From NCBI GenBank assembly GCA_004764695.1, contig SMSO01000014.1, forward strand, positions 2,475,648 to 2,539,647: a DNA stretch of 64,000 bases. The letters run 5' to 3'. Shown here piece by piece: positions 20,990 to 34,140 of this stretch. The first letter of the stretch is position 1; each line of letters begins with the position of its first letter. The notes below the pieces were generated by a model, which saw only the letters and a list, made by a program, of their open reading frames with translations, was not told the origin of the DNA and made no database searches. The translations under genes and the position numbers were made by a program. This DNA is from Schizochytrium sp. TIO01. Taxonomy: Eukaryota; Protista; Bigyra: Labyrinthulomycetes.

Positions 20990-23002
20990 TCTAACACGCA
21001 CGAGAACTTGGTGTTTTAGTTTTGCTTGAGCAACCGTACCGGGCTTGTGAACGCACGAAGGAATGTAAACGCAGCGATCGAATAACCGTGCAATCCAGAT
21101 GACCAATGCTCGTTTAGGTGTATCACTCCTGTCAGACAAGAGTTGCGGGTTTGCTGAGTTCTGCCATGCCTATATTCCTTTGTGATAGCTGTACAGGAAG
21201 AAATAGAATTCTCTTCTCTCTGTGGTTGACAACCTTTTCAAAGCCATTTACTAGCCCTACATCAACTCTCTAACTAGTGCTAGTGCTATCCACCAACTTC
21301 TTTTCCTTTTTTGAAAAATTCCACATCGAAGCGTCGAAAAATAGCTCCACGTGACGCCTTCTATCGTTTGGTAGAACTACACTATATACTACTATTAGAC
21401 TATTTGAAAAGCCGGGTGCCCCTCAGTTGAAAGGAGATATTATGATGTACGCTTTTTTTTTTCATTTTACATCTTTTCCCTTTCAAATCGTTTTGACTCT
21501 TTAAATTCTGTAGGGTTGCTTTTCTATGGAGACGAACTCATACAACGTATTAGATGGCAGAAAACATTGATACTTCTTGTGATGGATTTAAAAAAGTTAA
21601 ACTTGAATTTCTTAAAAAACAAACGAAGAAACCAATCTACGTCTTTCAATTTCATTTATATAAAAAAAAAAAACTCCAGTCATGAAGTGCAAAAGTACCC
21701 ATATAACAAAATAATAGTAAGCATAGCCAAGAAAGAAAGAGGGAAGTGCAGTGCTAGTTGACGGTGCTATACCCCGCGACGAGAATTGTTCGACAACTGA
21801 ATCAACTAAAGCAAGCAAGGCAAGCAAGCAAGCAAGACACTAGGTATATCTCATTATCCGCCTACCTACGAGCAGGTGTAGTCCCTTGGAATCCAAGAAG
21901 TACTTTGATGTGAAATGATTGCTCGGAATGCAATTTCCATGCCTAGAGTACCAAGCAATGGTGTCGAAACAACGTATGATAGGCCGGTGATTTGCGTTAT
22001 TGAGCCTCAGACTTTAGGCATCATGATTCGTACTAAGGTCGCAGCGATTCTCTGCCAGGCTGAGGTTGCTTCACTTCCTGTGCTTCTTCTTCTCCTTTCT
22101 CCTCTACTAGCGAGAGATCAAACGCAGCAAACGCAGCAAAACAAGCAAAAGCAGGCAAAGCAGACTAATTCCCAAGGCAGGTAGGTAGTGGGTGGGTAGG
22201 TAGGTAGATAGGTGAGGCAGATAGCTGCGGTTCGCCGGACAAGAATCTTCAACCTGAATCACATTCTCAAGATGCCGCTTCTTGTGCCTGAGATCCAGAC
22301 GTAGCGATAGGAGTTCTCTAGCCTCTTGCTAGCCGTAATACAAAAACCTCAAACTGGAAGACCTACAATCAATCATTAAGAGAAGAAGTCAACAAATCAA
22401 ACGTGAACAGGTGCGAACTATATAAAAAAGAAAGTTTTCTTTTCTTTTCTTTTTTCTCTTTTTCTCCTTTTCTTTTCTTTTGTTTTCTTTTGTTTTCTTT
22501 TCTTTTTAAATGTCACCTAGCATAGCGTATTTCCATTATTACCAAAAGATGCTACTGCCAAACAGTAGGCACATACTACCACTAACTAACTACCTTTCTC
22601 CTGCTACTTGTCAAGATCAAGACAACTTTCAGACATCACTGATAACCAATGTTTGTGTATGCACAGTATACCCAGCTACACTTCTTCGCTGGCTGGTTGA
22701 CTGCACTGCACTGCACTGCTTGCCTGCCTGCCTGCCTGCCTCACTCCTTTCCTCAAGTTAGCACCTCAAGTGCATCGTGGCTTTCGCTGTCGTTGTCACC
22801 GTCGCCGTCGTCACATTGGGCTACATAGGTTAGCTTCTTCTCCTCCCTCTTCTTCCATCATCGACGCCGCACGCGAGCACAGTTTTGCGGCTCTCCAACT
22901 TACGATACCTTTAAGAATTACTTGCCAAGAAGACTCACGCACTCACTCACTCGCTCATTAACTGATTAAATACTTGCTTACTTTCTTGCTTACTTTCTTG
23001 CA

Positions 23003-23003
<1 letters not shown>

Positions 23004-23038
<35 letters not shown>
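23004..23038. repeat. (GATT)n microsatellite
   Basis: Direct read. Confidence 0.9.
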
Positions 23039-26000
23039 CTATCCGGGAGGTAATTTCATAGGTTGGGGCCAAAGCTCCGCGCTTGAAACGATCCCAGAGG
23101 CGAGTTTGGCGAATCATATGGCTCCAATCATGAAGAGGTACTAGTAGTAGGTAGGTAGCTAGCTAGCTAGCTAGCTGAAAGTAAGTAGGGAGATACTATA
23201 TTTAATAGATAGGGTTGGGAACCGAAGAAAAGAAAAAAACGTCACCAGTGGACAGCACTAAGCCCTGCTAGGTAGACCTAGAGGCGCTTTCTTTCCCTTC
23301 GGTCTGGGTCCATGGGCATCACAGGGAGGGAGTGTGCTCTGGGACTGCAGTTCGTCTGTCTAAATGGATGGATGGATGAACGAACGAATGAATGGATGGG
23401 TGGATGGGTTAATCAGTCGATCGTCAATCAGTCAATCAGTCAATCTAGTGAAGGATGGGTGAAGGATGGCAAGATTTACTGGAGTGAGTGATGGGAATGA
23501 AAGTCGAACGCAAGGGAGATTGAAAATTGCTGGAGATGGTATTTTTATGAAAGGTAGGTCTATAAATAATTTTAAATCTGGTTGTTGGCGCTCCTTTTTT
23601 CCATCATTATTTATTGAAAAAAAGAAGGAAAAAAAAGTTCATCTATTTTTTAAATGTATAATTAACTCTTCTGTGGTCTCTCTAGAGGTGAAGTTTATCA
23701 ATCGAGAACTCTTCCTTCATTTCCAGAGCCATGGCTTTCTTCTCTTCCGGCTCTGCCAATATAAAACCTCAAGGCAAACTACCCACGACTAGCGTTATTA
23801 GTTTCATAGACTTCCACTGCTATCTACTTTCACATCTACTTTCACATCGGAAATATACGAGTAGCTAGCTCCCTGGCAAGTTTATTTTCAAAAGTAAAGA
23901 AATTATATAAACTGCAATAACGATTGCTTCCACTGCCTGCCAGACCTCGTTGCCAGCACCTGCGATCTACCAGTCATGCGCCAACTGCACTTGGAGCTGC
24001 TTGCTTGCGTGCTTGCTTAATTAAGTACTTGCGAAGTGGCAAATTGCATTATCCTATAGAATTACTATTCTTTTCACATTATTTTTATGTCCTCCCATCA
24101 CGACAGGTTTGTTACGTACTAAATAGTCAACCAACTTCACCTCGACAATCAATAGTACGATCTATTAATCTCGGCTCCTTCTACAGCGTATCAGGGGATC
24201 GGGCAGGCACTACCACCCCCACTTTCTTCTTCAAAGCCGCCACAACTGACTTTTTTCTTTTTCTCGACACTGCAAAAGTGGAGAATGGCATTCGCATCTT
24301 TTAGAAATTGATGACCCGGCAATTGAATTTGATTTCACACGTTGCCATACCTAGCGACCATTAATGCAGATACTAGAGCACAACTCTAAGCAACGAGCAC
24401 CAATCAGACTCGGAGGAGGAGACAACTGAAGGGACCCGGAATGCAGTAATAAATAATAAATAGCACCGCAGGAATGGGTACACCTACCTAGCTAGCTCTC
24501 GAGGTATCTGGGGAATGGGGGAATGGGCACCAGCTTTCAGAGTAGTTCTTCTGGCTTGGATTTATAAAATCCCCAAGCTAGAAGATCTTAACTCATTCCC
24601 TCTGCTGTCTAGGCAGTGAGAGTGCGTCAACCTTGGCGTATCCTGAGGCCTATAATTGCTCTCATAACCCAGCAGTCGTATACGCAGGTATCGATTAGCT
24701 AGTTGGAGGCCTTCGCCGAGAATATGCTTTGCGAAATGAAAGGTTGGCTACCAAGCTTGCAAGGTTCTATAAAATTCAGCCAAGTCGCAGAATAACATCT
24801 ATTGCGGGTGTCTTCCCCAACCAAAGCTTGTTTAATCCTTAAAAAATCTCCACGAACAGAGCAGAGTCTCGACACGCCGCCGCAGAATCAATCACCTTGG
24901 AGCAGGCATTGCCAAGCATTGCCAAGCCTCACCAGCCTCCAGCATTTCGACGCCGAGGTCTTCGCGGGCTTTTGTGAGTGAATTTGTAAGAAAGTAAGCA
25001 AGTAATATAGAGAAGTGAGTAGTCTATAACAGATTGCAGAGCTCAAAGAGGGGATTATTTAATTCATGGATGAGGATTAAATTTACAAAGTATTGGATGG
25101 AAGCGCTCCACCGACAATGTTTATTTATTAATTTACTTGCTTGCCTTTTTAAGGGTTTTGAAAAAGAAATAGTCACGGTTGAGAACTTGTTTTGAAGATG
25201 GCCTACCTACAAGCAGAGACTGAGAACGACTGAGACTTCCTTGAGGGCACTGGGTAGATAGATCGATCGAGAGAAGAGGCGTTTCTGTTTTCTTGTTCGT
25301 CACTGATTTCGTCTGTTTGGCTGCCAGCGCAAGCGGGGCCTCAGGGCAGCCAGTCAATCCATTTCGAAAGAGCTGGAATGAGCATGAGAAGTATGATATT
25401 ACAATGGCAATGAATTTTCTTTTGATCTCCAGCTAGAGAATTCGAAATGTCTCATCACTCCAACAACCATAAATTCATGCTAAATATAGAGAGGGAACTC
25501 AACAAAGATAACATAATAAATACTCCGTGTCCTAACTCCGCGCTAAACGGCATAAGAGCAAGCCGAGTTCGAATAACCGTGTCGTGACCTCGGCTGCATC
25601 TTCTTCTTTTGAGATGTACTTTGATGCAACTTCATACACAGCTTCGAGGTGCATGCATGTGCCTGTTTCTTCATTCAGCTGCGAGTGATGGCCAAACATC
25701 CTATTGGAATAACACCATGCTTATTTATTTGCTGACTGGGTTTTTTATTTTTTAACATCGACCAACTGACTCACTGAGTGGACATTCAATATCGCTGAGA
25801 GTCTTGTGAGTCGTGCGAAGTAGCGAACAACCGCGAAGGCTCTCTTCGGTCTCTACTCTTATTTTGTTAGAAGTAGAGACTTCGGCTGTGCTCGTTCCCC
25901 AAACTTGCTCGTAAGTTTACTTCTTGGTTTTATTTACTATGATGCTGCTGCTGCTGCTATTTCTGGAGACAAAAAGTAGAAATTACAATCTTGCTTCAGG

Positions 26001-26253
26001 TTTGCCTTATTAGGTCATCATGATTAGTAAGTGCCGTTGCCTCAAAACCTCTGCTATGCTTATCACTCCCACTGCTCGTTTTCTGCTGATTGTCTGTCTG
26101 CCTGTCAGTAGCAACGCTGCCATTCCTTTGGCTCAGCATGGATGCCATGTCATGTGGAGGTCTTCTTCTTTCCTCTCCTTTCCTTTTCTCTTCTTGTGAT
26201 CGCCTCTCCTGCCTCTTACCTCCTTACCTCCTCACTTCCTTGCTTACTTCGCC

Positions 26254-26316
26254 AGTCAGACAAGTCAGACAAGTCAGACAAGTCAGACAAGTCAGCCAAG
26301 TCAGACAAGTCAGCCA
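26254..26316. repeat. 9-bp minisatellite (AGTCAGMCA)x7
   Basis: Direct read. Confidence 0.9.
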
Positions 26317-26488
26317 AGCAGACAGGCAGGCAGGCAGTCTCTCTCCCTTCTGCAGTCAGTCTGTTTTCTCGGGCGCAGAAAGCCGCACGCCAAAGGCAGG
26401 GCTTGCACAAAGGAAACAAGCCGAGGCGCTGGTTGACTCGCAGCCGACTGACTGACCGACCGACGACTGACTGGCTGGCTGGCTGATA

Positions 26489-26569
26489 AGCAGGCAGGCA
26501 GGCAGGCAGGCAGGCTCTTGAAGAAGGCAGGCTCTTGAAGAAGGCAAGAAGGCAGGCAGGCAGGCAAGA

Positions 26570-26600
<31 letters not shown>
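26489..26600. repeat. Interrupted (GCAG)n microsatellite
   Basis: Direct read; includes a duplicated GCAGGCTCTTGAAGAAG. Confidence 0.85.
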
Positions 26601-26601
<1 letters not shown>

Positions 26602-28829
26602 AAGGAGGTCGGCGTCTCCACCCTTCTTTCTACCTCCACAGTGATGACGCACATGAAAAGGTGCACACGCTGCAGTAAGGTAGTACGTAGTGTCAGACCA
26701 CGGCGGGCGTTGCTTGCGGCGCAGACGAGCACACGGCGAAACGCGCAGAGGCGTTCTGCCCCGTTCGCGCCGTTTCTGCAATGTGCTCGCAGACGACGCA
26801 GACTCTGGGCAGACTAGGCGGCCAAGCAACCCACTCTTAGAGCCCGCCTGCCGCCTAGCTAGCTCTAGCCTCCAGCTAGCGAGTAGCTAGCCAGACAGAG
26901 AAGGAGCAGCGGGCTCGCTTTGGAAGGGAAGACAAGACCCTCGCGCCTGAACGAAGAGACTGACAGACAGGGCTGGGGAGTCGCGAGGCATGGGAAGCTA
27001 GCTAGCTCGCTCGCTCAAGACTGCCGCGGTCCGCAGAAACGGCTCGCACCGGCCTCCGCGTAGCACGGCAAGCGGACAGGAAGGCGGTGAGATGCAGCAG
27101 AGCGAGCTTGGACCAAGTTGCAGTTCGTAGCACAAGAAACGTCACATGTCCCACGATGGGGAATGAGAAGAAAAAAGTTGCAAAAAGAAAAGTCTTCGGT
27201 ATTAGAATGCAACGCAAAGGAGTGTAAAGCAGCTCCGTAACACCTGAGGAATCCAGCTCATAGACACCCGAAGGGAGGCTCCCGCTCGGGATAGCGGCGA
27301 ACCCATGGAACAAAGAGGTTGACGTGTAGAGCACACTCCGAGTGTATGTAAATCGATGCGGCAAACATGGGCGGAAAATCAAACCGGCGGGCTACGGAGT
27401 ACTTTGTATGGATGTGATATTGCTTTCGAAAGCCTCGATGGCACATGGAAGGAGTGTCTTTCCGTCTGGTTCCGTTTTAACCTTTTAAAAAGGATATTTA
27501 TTGTGAAAATCGTTTTGCATAAATGCCGGATCATAGGACACCACGAGAGCATTTGATGGGAACTGAATTTCTGAAACTCGGTTGATGGACGGGCATTATC
27601 CTCAGGCTAGAAGCTGGAAGTAGATCCTTTCTCAGCATGCTACTGAATGCCCCGAAGAAGCTCTAGGTACTGGTTTGTACCTTTCAGCCAAATAAAGCGG
27701 ACACGGCGCAGGTAATAGTACAATTTGATGTGGTTCTTCTATTTGGCAGGGAAAATATGTGCGACAGAGAGAGAAAATGGAACAAATTTGCGGTCTCTAA
27801 AAAAAACTAAAGACACATCAGAGCACCTTCATTTTCGCAAGAGGGCACATTTTTTGAAACCGAAAATTGAGAAAAGGAAACTGGCTTGAGAGATACTATT
27901 TAATATTTCAATGTGTATTAAAGGAAAAAAAACAATCTTGACTCGGAATAGTTTTGGTCAGATTTTATCCCCTACTTGGCGTGATGTATCCTGAGTAATA
28001 GGTAGTCATCCCCAATTTAGCCTGCACTTGCTACTGAAGCTGGCGTTAGAAGTATGGTTTTTTATTTCCAGAAAGAGAAAGTAAAGATCTCTTTTCCAGA
28101 AGTCTAGGGCCAAGATGAATAAAAAGTTGTGCGAAATATTCATTATATATCCCATTCACAAAGAATTTTGAGTATGTTTATCTAAAGGCACAGTTATTAG
28201 TTACTTTGACAGCATTCTAATGATCAAGAGATCATGAGCAATTTTATTGCTACAGTAGCTTGACTGACAATATTTTCTGTAGAGGGATCTTTTGCTCGAA
28301 TCACGTCTTCCTGCGTATATATATGTATATATATTGCATTTTACACTATAAATGTTCTCTCTTGGCATCAAAGCAGTTATGTGTGACTTCAACCCTAACT
28401 CCTCGCTCTCTTCAAACAGTTTAATGGAGAAGCGAGATGCTGATAACGGAAATGGACACAAAGTTAAGATATAGAAACGCCATTCCCTTCTTAAATGCCG
28501 CATTCGGCCTTGTGCCACAATCTAATGCACTATAGTGATCATGATAAGCTGGTTATTCAATGCAGAACTAAACTGAGAGTGATATGTTATCTTTTTTTCC
28601 TTTCTTGCGTACAGTATCAAGATTCTATCATTTTAAAATGACGTATGGACACCTGGGACATCATGACGAGACTGGGATTGTTTGCGTGCACAATAATGGT
28701 AACCTCAAATGAAAGAAAACACAAAATAACACAATTTATAAATTAATAGGCACTAAATCGAAGAACAGAATCAGCGAAAATACATTCCGTGAGCCTTTCC
28801 TATTATTGACTGGAAATCGTAGTGACGTT

Positions 28830-29867
28830 TTAAAGACTTGGGATGTCATCAGAGTCACCTTCACCCTGCTGTCCAGACGAAGGGGCAGTTTTTAGAGAAG
28901 ATTTAACTCGTTCGCCCTGATCCATCGCATTTGCTTGCTTGTCTTTGCGCGCAGTTGAAGGGGGAGAGTGAGCATGCGTTGCAAGGATCTCTCCAGATTC
29001 TAGGTCATTTCCATCAGCACCGGGTGCTACAATAGCAGTTTTGGTTGGTGCCTCCGACAGCTGACTAGCTGTCTTTTTGAAGAGTGGCAGATTATCCCGA
29101 AGGTCAAGAATTGCTTCGCGAACACGAGCATTTAGTTCTGTAGCAGTTTCACCTTCCATTGGGTAAATGGCTTGTCCAATACCGATCTCAATATTTGCGG
29201 GTCGCGCAAACCACTTTCGTGCTGGCCAAGCATGCAAGTTACCCCACATAGCCAGCGGCATAATAGGTACATCATTCTTAATTGCAGCATCGAAAAATCC
29301 ATGCTTGAATGGCTTTAGCTCTCCTGTGGGCGAGAGGGTACCTTCAGGGAAAACGCAAATCCCGATGCCGTTTTCGAGGTAGCGACTTACTGTTTCCATC
29401 ATAAGCGCAACAGTTCCATGTTTAACCCCACCCCTGCCATCGGCTGACTTTGTGAAATGCACTGGCAAGTCACCTGCCATTCGGATGCTCCAGCCAGCCA
29501 AAGGATAATTAAAGACCGCTGCCTTTGCAATAAAGTTAACTGCCGTACGCGGCATGAAGACTTTGCACAAGATGAACGGGTCGGCAAATGACAGATGGTT
29601 GGACATATAAATCGCTCGCCGAGGCAACTTTCCCTTCCACTGATGCCTGCGTCGGATTGTCACAGACCAAAACGGGTTGAGATGGATGCAAAAGAAAAGG
29701 CAAGCTGTTCGAAAGATGCGACCCATCAGGCGCATTCGTTTGTATTTTGGCATCATCCATGCAAACAAAACCCAACAAAGGATTTGCAAAATGAACGCTG
29801 AGATAAATGCCATCACAACAGCCCAAAGAAAGTAAAGAGTCGTCACGGTAGAACTCAGGCGACCCAT
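28830..29867 (-). CDS. 1-acyl-sn-glycerol-3-phosphate acyltransferase (LPAAT, PlsC family)
   Basis: NHLSFAD (HxxxxD), FIAK, FPEGT, PFKHGFF, PIMP; N-terminal transmembrane helix. First ATG at 29867. Possible 5'-UTR intron at 29962-30044 (GTAAGT...TGTAG). Confidence 0.92.
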   Translation of the reverse strand: MGRLSSTVTTLYFLWAVVMAFISAFILQILCWVLFAWMMPKYKRMRLMGRIFRTACLFFCIHLNPFWSVTIRRRHQWKGKLPRRAIYMSNHLSFADPFILCKVFMPRTAVNFIAKAAVFNYPLAGWSIRMAGDLPVHFTKSADGRGGVKHGTVALMMETVSRYLENGIGICVFPEGTLSPTGELKPFKHGFFDAAIKNDVPIMPLAMWGNLHAWPARKWFARPANIEIGIGQAIYPMEGETATELNARVREAILDLRDNLPLFKKTASQLSEAPTKTAIVAPGADGNDLESGEILATHAHSPPSTARKDKQANAMDQGERVKSSLKTAPSSGQQGEGDSDDIPSL

Positions 29868-31400
29868 TGCTGCTGCTCCAGAATCTGCTCTTGCTTCGCC
29901 CTGAGTAGAATCGCGATCTCTCAATCTCTACGCTCCGATGGAGGATCCTTGAAGACGAGCTCTACAGACCGTGGATGGTGAACGGGTTTACCAAATGGGG
30001 CGAGCCGGGCCCAAGCTCTATTGTAGAATAGTACTCGTACTTACCTTGGCAGCAAAGTAAGTAGTAAGTACCACCAATGCACACCTGAAGTAGCTGGGTA
30101 GCTCGCGCGCAACAAAGAAAGTTTGAACAAACTCCCTTCCAAAGGTACTACGTAGGTGGAAGATGAAAGCTGCCCTTGACTTATATATGATCGCTGCAGG
30201 GTGTGTCACCTTTGGACTGCCCGTGGTCAACCAGCTTTGCCTTGAACTTGAGTAGAGAGGAATCGGATCGCGATTTCTTCACTAGACTTTTAGCACAAGC
30301 TAGTGAAGGAGTTCAACTCTTTGACAAATATAATAAGCTTATGGCAAAAGACAGAGGTTACCTGCTTATACTTCACTCTCCCTGATGATTACGCGACCAT
30401 ATACCATGCTACTTTGTACATCCAGCATTTCGCCAAGTAAGGATGTGCTGGGCCTACTAGTAAAGTTTCCTGATAGGTGTAGAATTAGAAAATACACACG
30501 TCGTGCCTACTTAACTAATTTATGCATGCGCTGGATATACCCTATATATTTTGTCTAATTAAATTTAAGGTAATGTTAGAATATTGATGACTAACTAACT
30601 ATTCGTTGTGTTTTGTTCCTTATAATATTCAAGTTAACCATAATTAATTTTGAAAATATTCAAAGTAATATAATAGCTTTTCTATTGTTTGGCGGACAAG
30701 TGCATTACTTAGTTCCAATGCCCCATACTCCACAGTCCAAATCTTGACCTATTGCGGCCCGTGCATGTATATGTGTAGCAACATGTGTAGACTTGTTAAT
30801 TCCTTAGATTGATAGGAATAGACTCTCTATTGGGGAGGGCGATTCATAAGAAGGTTGACCTGAGTGATGAAGCTAAAAACAAATCAATTGCACTATGAGC
30901 CAGCTCACCAGATTTACACAACATCAAGTGTCACCCATTTCGCAACTGCCTCATAAACATTAACTTTGACTTGTATTATCGGACAAGCAAATCTCATTAT
31001 TATTCTTCCCCTCGAAGGAATACCTGTTAACCTACGAATAGCAATGGTTAGTACCTACCTAAACTTTCAACCTCCGTCACTTCGGCGCCTAAATGCCCCG
31101 AATAAACTCTGCTGAAGCGAGTGATTTTGAGCGGACTTGCTTGCTGTCTTCCCAATCCTTCAACTTCGATGGGCAGAGGCTAGTGGGGTGAATAGAGCTG
31201 CGAAACGTTCGGTGAGCTTCCTGCTGGTGTATGCTGGATTCCACATCTAAACAGTGCTCATAGTCCTGTTGTTGTGTAAGCGAGAGTAGAACAACTTTCC
31301 CCGTTTGATCTCTTCACGTTCGTGAAGGATCTATAAACTTTGACGAAAAAGAGACTTGTTAACTCAGTGTAATCCTGGCTATCTCTCAAAATAATATACA

Positions 31401-32342
31401 ATGGGTGACCGAAAAGAAATCAATAAGTACTACAACCCAGACTTTGATATCAGACGACTTCCGAGACAAAAGGTTGATCGCGATGCTGCCACAGATATCC
31501 GATTGATGCTTCCGTTTGGGTTGACTTGCATCGAATGCGGAAACACCATGGCCAAACAACTCAAGGTAAATGCCACAAAGGAGACTGCAAAGGGTATGGA
31601 ATATTTAGGTGTAAGGCGTTTCCGGTTTCGTTTCAAATGTACGCGTTGTAAAGCCCGCATTACATTTTTGACTGATCCCCAAAATGCAGATTATGAGCTT
31701 GAATCTGGTGGCAAACGCGGCTACGATTTTACTTTCGAACGCAAGAAAGAGGAACAAGCCGCAGATAAAGCCAAGCAAGAAGAGGCTCAAGAAGATGAGA
31801 CTGCAGACTCATCGATGCGGAAACTTGAAGATCGCACTCTAAATTCCAAAGTTGAAATGGAAACCATGGAAGCCCTGGAAGACTTGCAAGCACAGAACCG
31901 CAAGCGCGAAAGACTTGCGGACTCCTCCAAGGTGATACTTGAAGACAGTGAAGATAAACCTACACCTGAAGAAGTAGCTGCTCAAGAAGCTGAAGATGCA
32001 GCCGCTGCTGCTCATGCATTTGCTTCTAAACGGGCAAAGGTTCGTCGATTGGACGAGGAAGAGGATGATAAGTCTTTTTCCATCGAAAAGATACCCTCGA
32101 CTAACTCTATCAAATTAGATCATCCATCATCAAACGCCACGGTTTCGCCGGCTATCAAGCACGCAACTGGAGATTCCGTTCTACCTTTAGCTACAACTTT
32201 GGAAGCGCCTTTGGTGAAAATCAAAGCACGCAAAAGAAAAGGCAAAAAGTCAAAGAAGTCAAAGAAAAGTACGGACAAAAAGCTTGCGGTGGTCATTGCG
32301 TATGCTTCATCTTCTGATGACGATGACGATGACAGTGTATAA
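31401..32342 (+). CDS. YJU2: Spliceosomal factor YJU2/CCDC94 (Cwc16)
   Basis: MGDRKEINKYYNPDFD, IRLMLPF..C..C, YLG.R.FRF.FKC..C...ITF.TDPQNADY, M..LE.RT..SK.EM. Confidence 0.93.
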   Translation: MGDRKEINKYYNPDFDIRRLPRQKVDRDAATDIRLMLPFGLTCIECGNTMAKQLKVNATKETAKGMEYLGVRRFRFRFKCTRCKARITFLTDPQNADYELESGGKRGYDFTFERKKEEQAADKAKQEEAQEDETADSSMRKLEDRTLNSKVEMETMEALEDLQAQNRKRERLADSSKVILEDSEDKPTPEEVAAQEAEDAAAAAHAFASKRAKVRRLDEEEDDKSFSIEKIPSTNSIKLDHPSSNATVSPAIKHATGDSVLPLATTLEAPLVKIKARKRKGKKSKKSKKSTDKKLAVVIAYASSSDDDDDDSV

Positions 32343-32808
32343 AAATCTAATGAGAGGTTGTACTATATAAAAGTGTAGAATGTCGTAGATTTTACAGAAT
32401 GTTTTTCTGCGTTATCATGACAGCCATAATTCAAAGCAAGTGATATTCTAATTAAGATCCACATACTGTATACGTTATTTATGTCTTTGTTCTTTTGCTT
32501 TGTTGTTGTTGTTGTTTTAAAATAAACAACTAAAGGAAAAAACGCAACCAAAGTAGAGAATGACTTAACTGCACTGAAAGATATGAATGACAAATTTGAA
32601 TAGATTAAAATGAATGACATCAAATACAGGGCTTTATTTGGTGCTGCAACTTTCCCATCAGTTTTAAATTCGCGTATTCTATCTAATAGAGAGCCCAGGT
32701 CTTAATGTAGGTGATACCTACAGTTATACTATTATGATAAACCTAGCTAGGTAGTACAAGGTACTTTCTTTCCTTTAAAAAGAAGGGAAAAAAGCGACAT
32801 TTAAATTT

Positions 32809-32815
32809 AAAAAAA
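32809..32815 (-). terminator. RNA polymerase III T-tract terminator of the tRNA
   Basis: T7 on the minus strand a few nt after the tRNA 3' end. Confidence 0.7.
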
Positions 32816-32819
32816 GAAA

Positions 32820-32891
32820 TTCCCAATGAGGGGATCGAACCCTCGACCATTTGATTAAGAGTCAAACGCTCTGCCGCTGAGCTAACCGGGA
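32820..32891 (-). tRNA. tRNA-Lys(CTT)
   Basis: Reverse complement TCCCGGTTAGCTCAGCGGCAGAGCGTTTGACTCTTAATCAAATGGTCGAGGGTTCGATCCCCTCATTGGGAA folds as a cloverleaf; anticodon CTT; A- and B-box present. Confidence 0.95.
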
Positions 32892-34140
32892 TTCCTATAG
32901 GAGGAGTTTGGTGAATCGAATCACCAGTTTCCCTTCGGTTGGGAGAAGATTGTCTGATGGAGTATATATCATTATGGCATTATATTTTTACTACGAAAAT
33001 GTCTTTTCATCTGTGGTTTTCTTAGATGCCAATGAGCAATCTACTTCGAAATGAAGAATTAAAAACCACAATATAAAACTATAAAATCATCTTATTCCTG
33101 TGTCTTTCAATATCAAACTATGGTTCGGGCTTATTCGATGGTGATTGGATTTAAATCCAGTTCCTGAGTCAAGAATGATCACAATACAGACGTTTTCTTA
33201 TTTGCCTTTTCCTTTGTTAATTATCTTTAAATAGTATTACAAAACTGTCTCGGCGGTGATCCTTAGTTCTTGTTTTATGATCATATGGTGTGTTTCTCGG
33301 TACCTATGAAAATAAACCTTTACATCAAATTCAGAGTCGTCCCAGATGCATTTGTGCCTGAGATTATGAAGACCCGAACTTGCCCGATATTAACAAAATA
33401 ACCACTTCATACGACCACCTGCTTGTAAATTAGCACTACTGGAACGCTATCTAGTTGAAGGAAGGTCAATGACTATATTCTAGATATTTTGTATTTCATT
33501 GTATTTCCTTCCTTATTTTAAACTTCGCCAATCTCAACACAACTTGAGAATACCATTAGGTAGAAAACAGAGGTTTTAAAACCCAAACGTTATACTTTTC
33601 GGTAGGACACTATAAGTTTTTAGGCGCATAGAATGCCTGACTCCATTCCTTGCCTGTTTGTCCTCTGTAGTATTAGAATATAACTCATCAGAATAATTAT
33701 GAATCCGGTGAAGCACTTAGTGCCGTAAACAGAAGTACCAAGGGATACACTGCAGAGTCTATTAAAAGAGCTTAGAAAGGTTCGGCACTTTCACATAGCA
33801 AAAAAAATACACCCTTTCAGTAATCCACAACATAACTCGACAATTTGCTCTTCGTTGACTTGAACCCTCCAACTTAACGCTTTACTATTTGAAGCACCCA
33901 CATGCCTAAAACTTAACGCGAATATTGTCTTGTGTAGTTAGAGGAATCGCTGTCAGTACCGCTGTGCAAAGATCATCAGCACTAAAGCAGCTTCGTTATT
34001 GTTATTAGACAAATATCTCAAGCTACGACCAATATAATGTATAAAGCTGGTAGACTGATGGCAGGGTTCAAAATTGATTTTTTTTCACCGCAAAACCCAG
34101 CAGAAATAATGTGAGCAAAAGAAAATAATGCATTATTCTA

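Noticed and set aside
26090-26890. Overlapping ORFs with SDK, QVR and PACL repeats; 9-bp array considered as a CRISPR-like array
   Set aside because: Products of 9-bp and 4-bp tandem repeats; no spacers and no cas genes
27185-27395. AAAAGTCTTCGG ... GGGCTA considered as the RNase MRP/P P4 helix
   Set aside because: Only ~5 bp of mostly wobble pairing; other conserved regions not found
30036-30050. TACTTACCT resembling the U1 snRNA 5' end
   Set aside because: No U1 stem-loops or Sm site follow; better explained as the complement of a GTAAGTA splice donor upstream of LPAAT
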